The notes below the pieces were generated by a model. That model ran no database searches and was not told the origin of the DNA. It saw only the letters and a list, made by a program, of their open reading frames with translations. A stretch of 64,000 bases of DNA from contig CM076000.1 of NCBI GenBank assembly GCA_038087875.1, forward strand, positions 682,001 through 746,000, read 5' to 3'. The translations under genes were made by a program, and so were the position numbers. Every line of letters starts with the position of its first letter. Positions within the stretch are counted from its first letter, which is position 1. The stretch comes from Malacoraja senta (lineage: Eukaryota). This document shows, in pieces, positions 62,890-64,000 of the stretch.

Positions 62890-63227
62890 CACTGCTTACT
62901 CAAGTGTTTCACCACTAATCACTGACCATTCTCAACTCATCTGTTTTTGAAATACACATCTGCACCTTTCATTACCTCTCCATTTATTAATTCCAGTGTT
63001 CGTCTGGCCAGTCTCTTATTCACCCTCCAAAATCTTTGACCAAACCAGAACTTTGCTGCCGAAACATTAACTTGCACCAATATCACTCCTGAGCTTAGAC
63101 CAACTATGGACCTCAGAACAACATTAATTCAATGTGAAAATCCTCAGCGTTTTTATAAAATCTTTCATGCCTTACCTTGTCCATCGCTCTGACCCACTAG
63201 TAGACATCTGATATATTCTCCTTTGTA

Positions 63228-63716
63228 CAGGTCCACCACCAATTTTCCAGAACCTGGTGGTCTGGCACCTCCTCCAATCCAGACAAAATTACGAAATTTC
63301 ACTTGAAATCCTCCCCGGAAGTCACCCCGAAAAAATTGTACTCAGGCCAGGTGAGACGGGGGATCTCGACCTCAGCGGGATTACTGCAGCCGATCGGGGG
63401 GTCGAATTTACCCGTGGCCAGAGCTCTGGAACTCCGGTCCGGTTGGGCCCGGCAAATCCATTCCCACAGCCCACTTCAGTGGCCGATCGGTGGGTCGAAT
63501 TTGTCCCCCGCAGCCAGGGCTCTGGAACTCCGTTCCCATAGTCGACTTCCGAGGCCGACTTTGTGGGCCGGTATCTCGGCCCCTTGCTGGCCTAGGTGGA
63601 CTGTTCCAGTACCGTTTTGACTCCTCTCGGGGGCCGTCGCCTCTGTTGGTCTGGCAAAACGGATAATCCAGAAAGACTCTGGAACCAAGGGTGAAGGAAA
63701 ATCGGTGGTGGACCTA
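63228..63716. mobile_element. Tc1/mariner-superfamily (Tigger-like) MITE
   Basis: 21-bp TIRs CAGGTCCACCACCRATTTTCC, TA flanks, internal GC-rich direct repeat. Confidence 0.8.
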
Positions 63717-64000
63717 TATGTAGGCCTTTGCACATCCACAATTTTAATCATTCCACTCTAAGCACTTTTATTATCAGCTTAAAATTTTGGTTTTCCATGA
63801 CTTCTTCAGTTTCCAAAAGTTTGCCTTCATTTTCACCACTGCATAAGATTCACCATAAATGACCAAACCTTAATTTGTCTGTCTCAGAAGTCACATATGG
63901 CTGGGCTTTTGAATTTTATTAGGTAACATTCTCATGAAGTGCCGTGGATATTTCACTACTTGAAATCATAACGTAATACAATAAAACAGAAACCACTGGG

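Noticed and set aside
63176..63225. Possible further upstream REV1 exon (AAG|GTAAGG donor)
   Set aside because: Translation EYIRCLLVGQSDGQ does not match the expected KAKPDGQ...VTNLP segment, and it abuts a MITE.

Overview
This is vertebrate genomic DNA. The repeat content (HE1-type SINEs, HER1/CR1 LINEs, abundant Penelope-derived elements) points to a cartilaginous fish, probably a skate or ray (inference). The window holds the 3' parts of two convergent genes. EIF5B (+) contributes 13 coding exons from 1192 to the stop at 30734, and REV1 (-) contributes 11 coding exons from 60904 down to the stop at 37782. All 24 exons join in frame with GT-AG introns. Introns and the intergenic gap are filled with mobile elements: nested CR1 and Rex1/Babar-type LINEs, tRNA-derived SINEs, a non-autonomous Helitron and several TIR DNA elements. 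The most striking non-genic signal is a family of about a dozen Penelope-derived inserts carrying a minimal hammerhead-ribozyme motif (CTGAAGA-A-GGGTCTCGACCC-GAAACGTC). These are often arranged as fold-back palindromes, and nine have 7-17 bp target-site duplications. Other leads are a MITE resembling mammalian MER47/Tigger5, two LINE copies sharing the same premature stop, and a candidate QKI-regulated cryptic 3' splice site in EIF5B. Coordinates were counted by hand. Repeat family names come from recognition, not from a database search.
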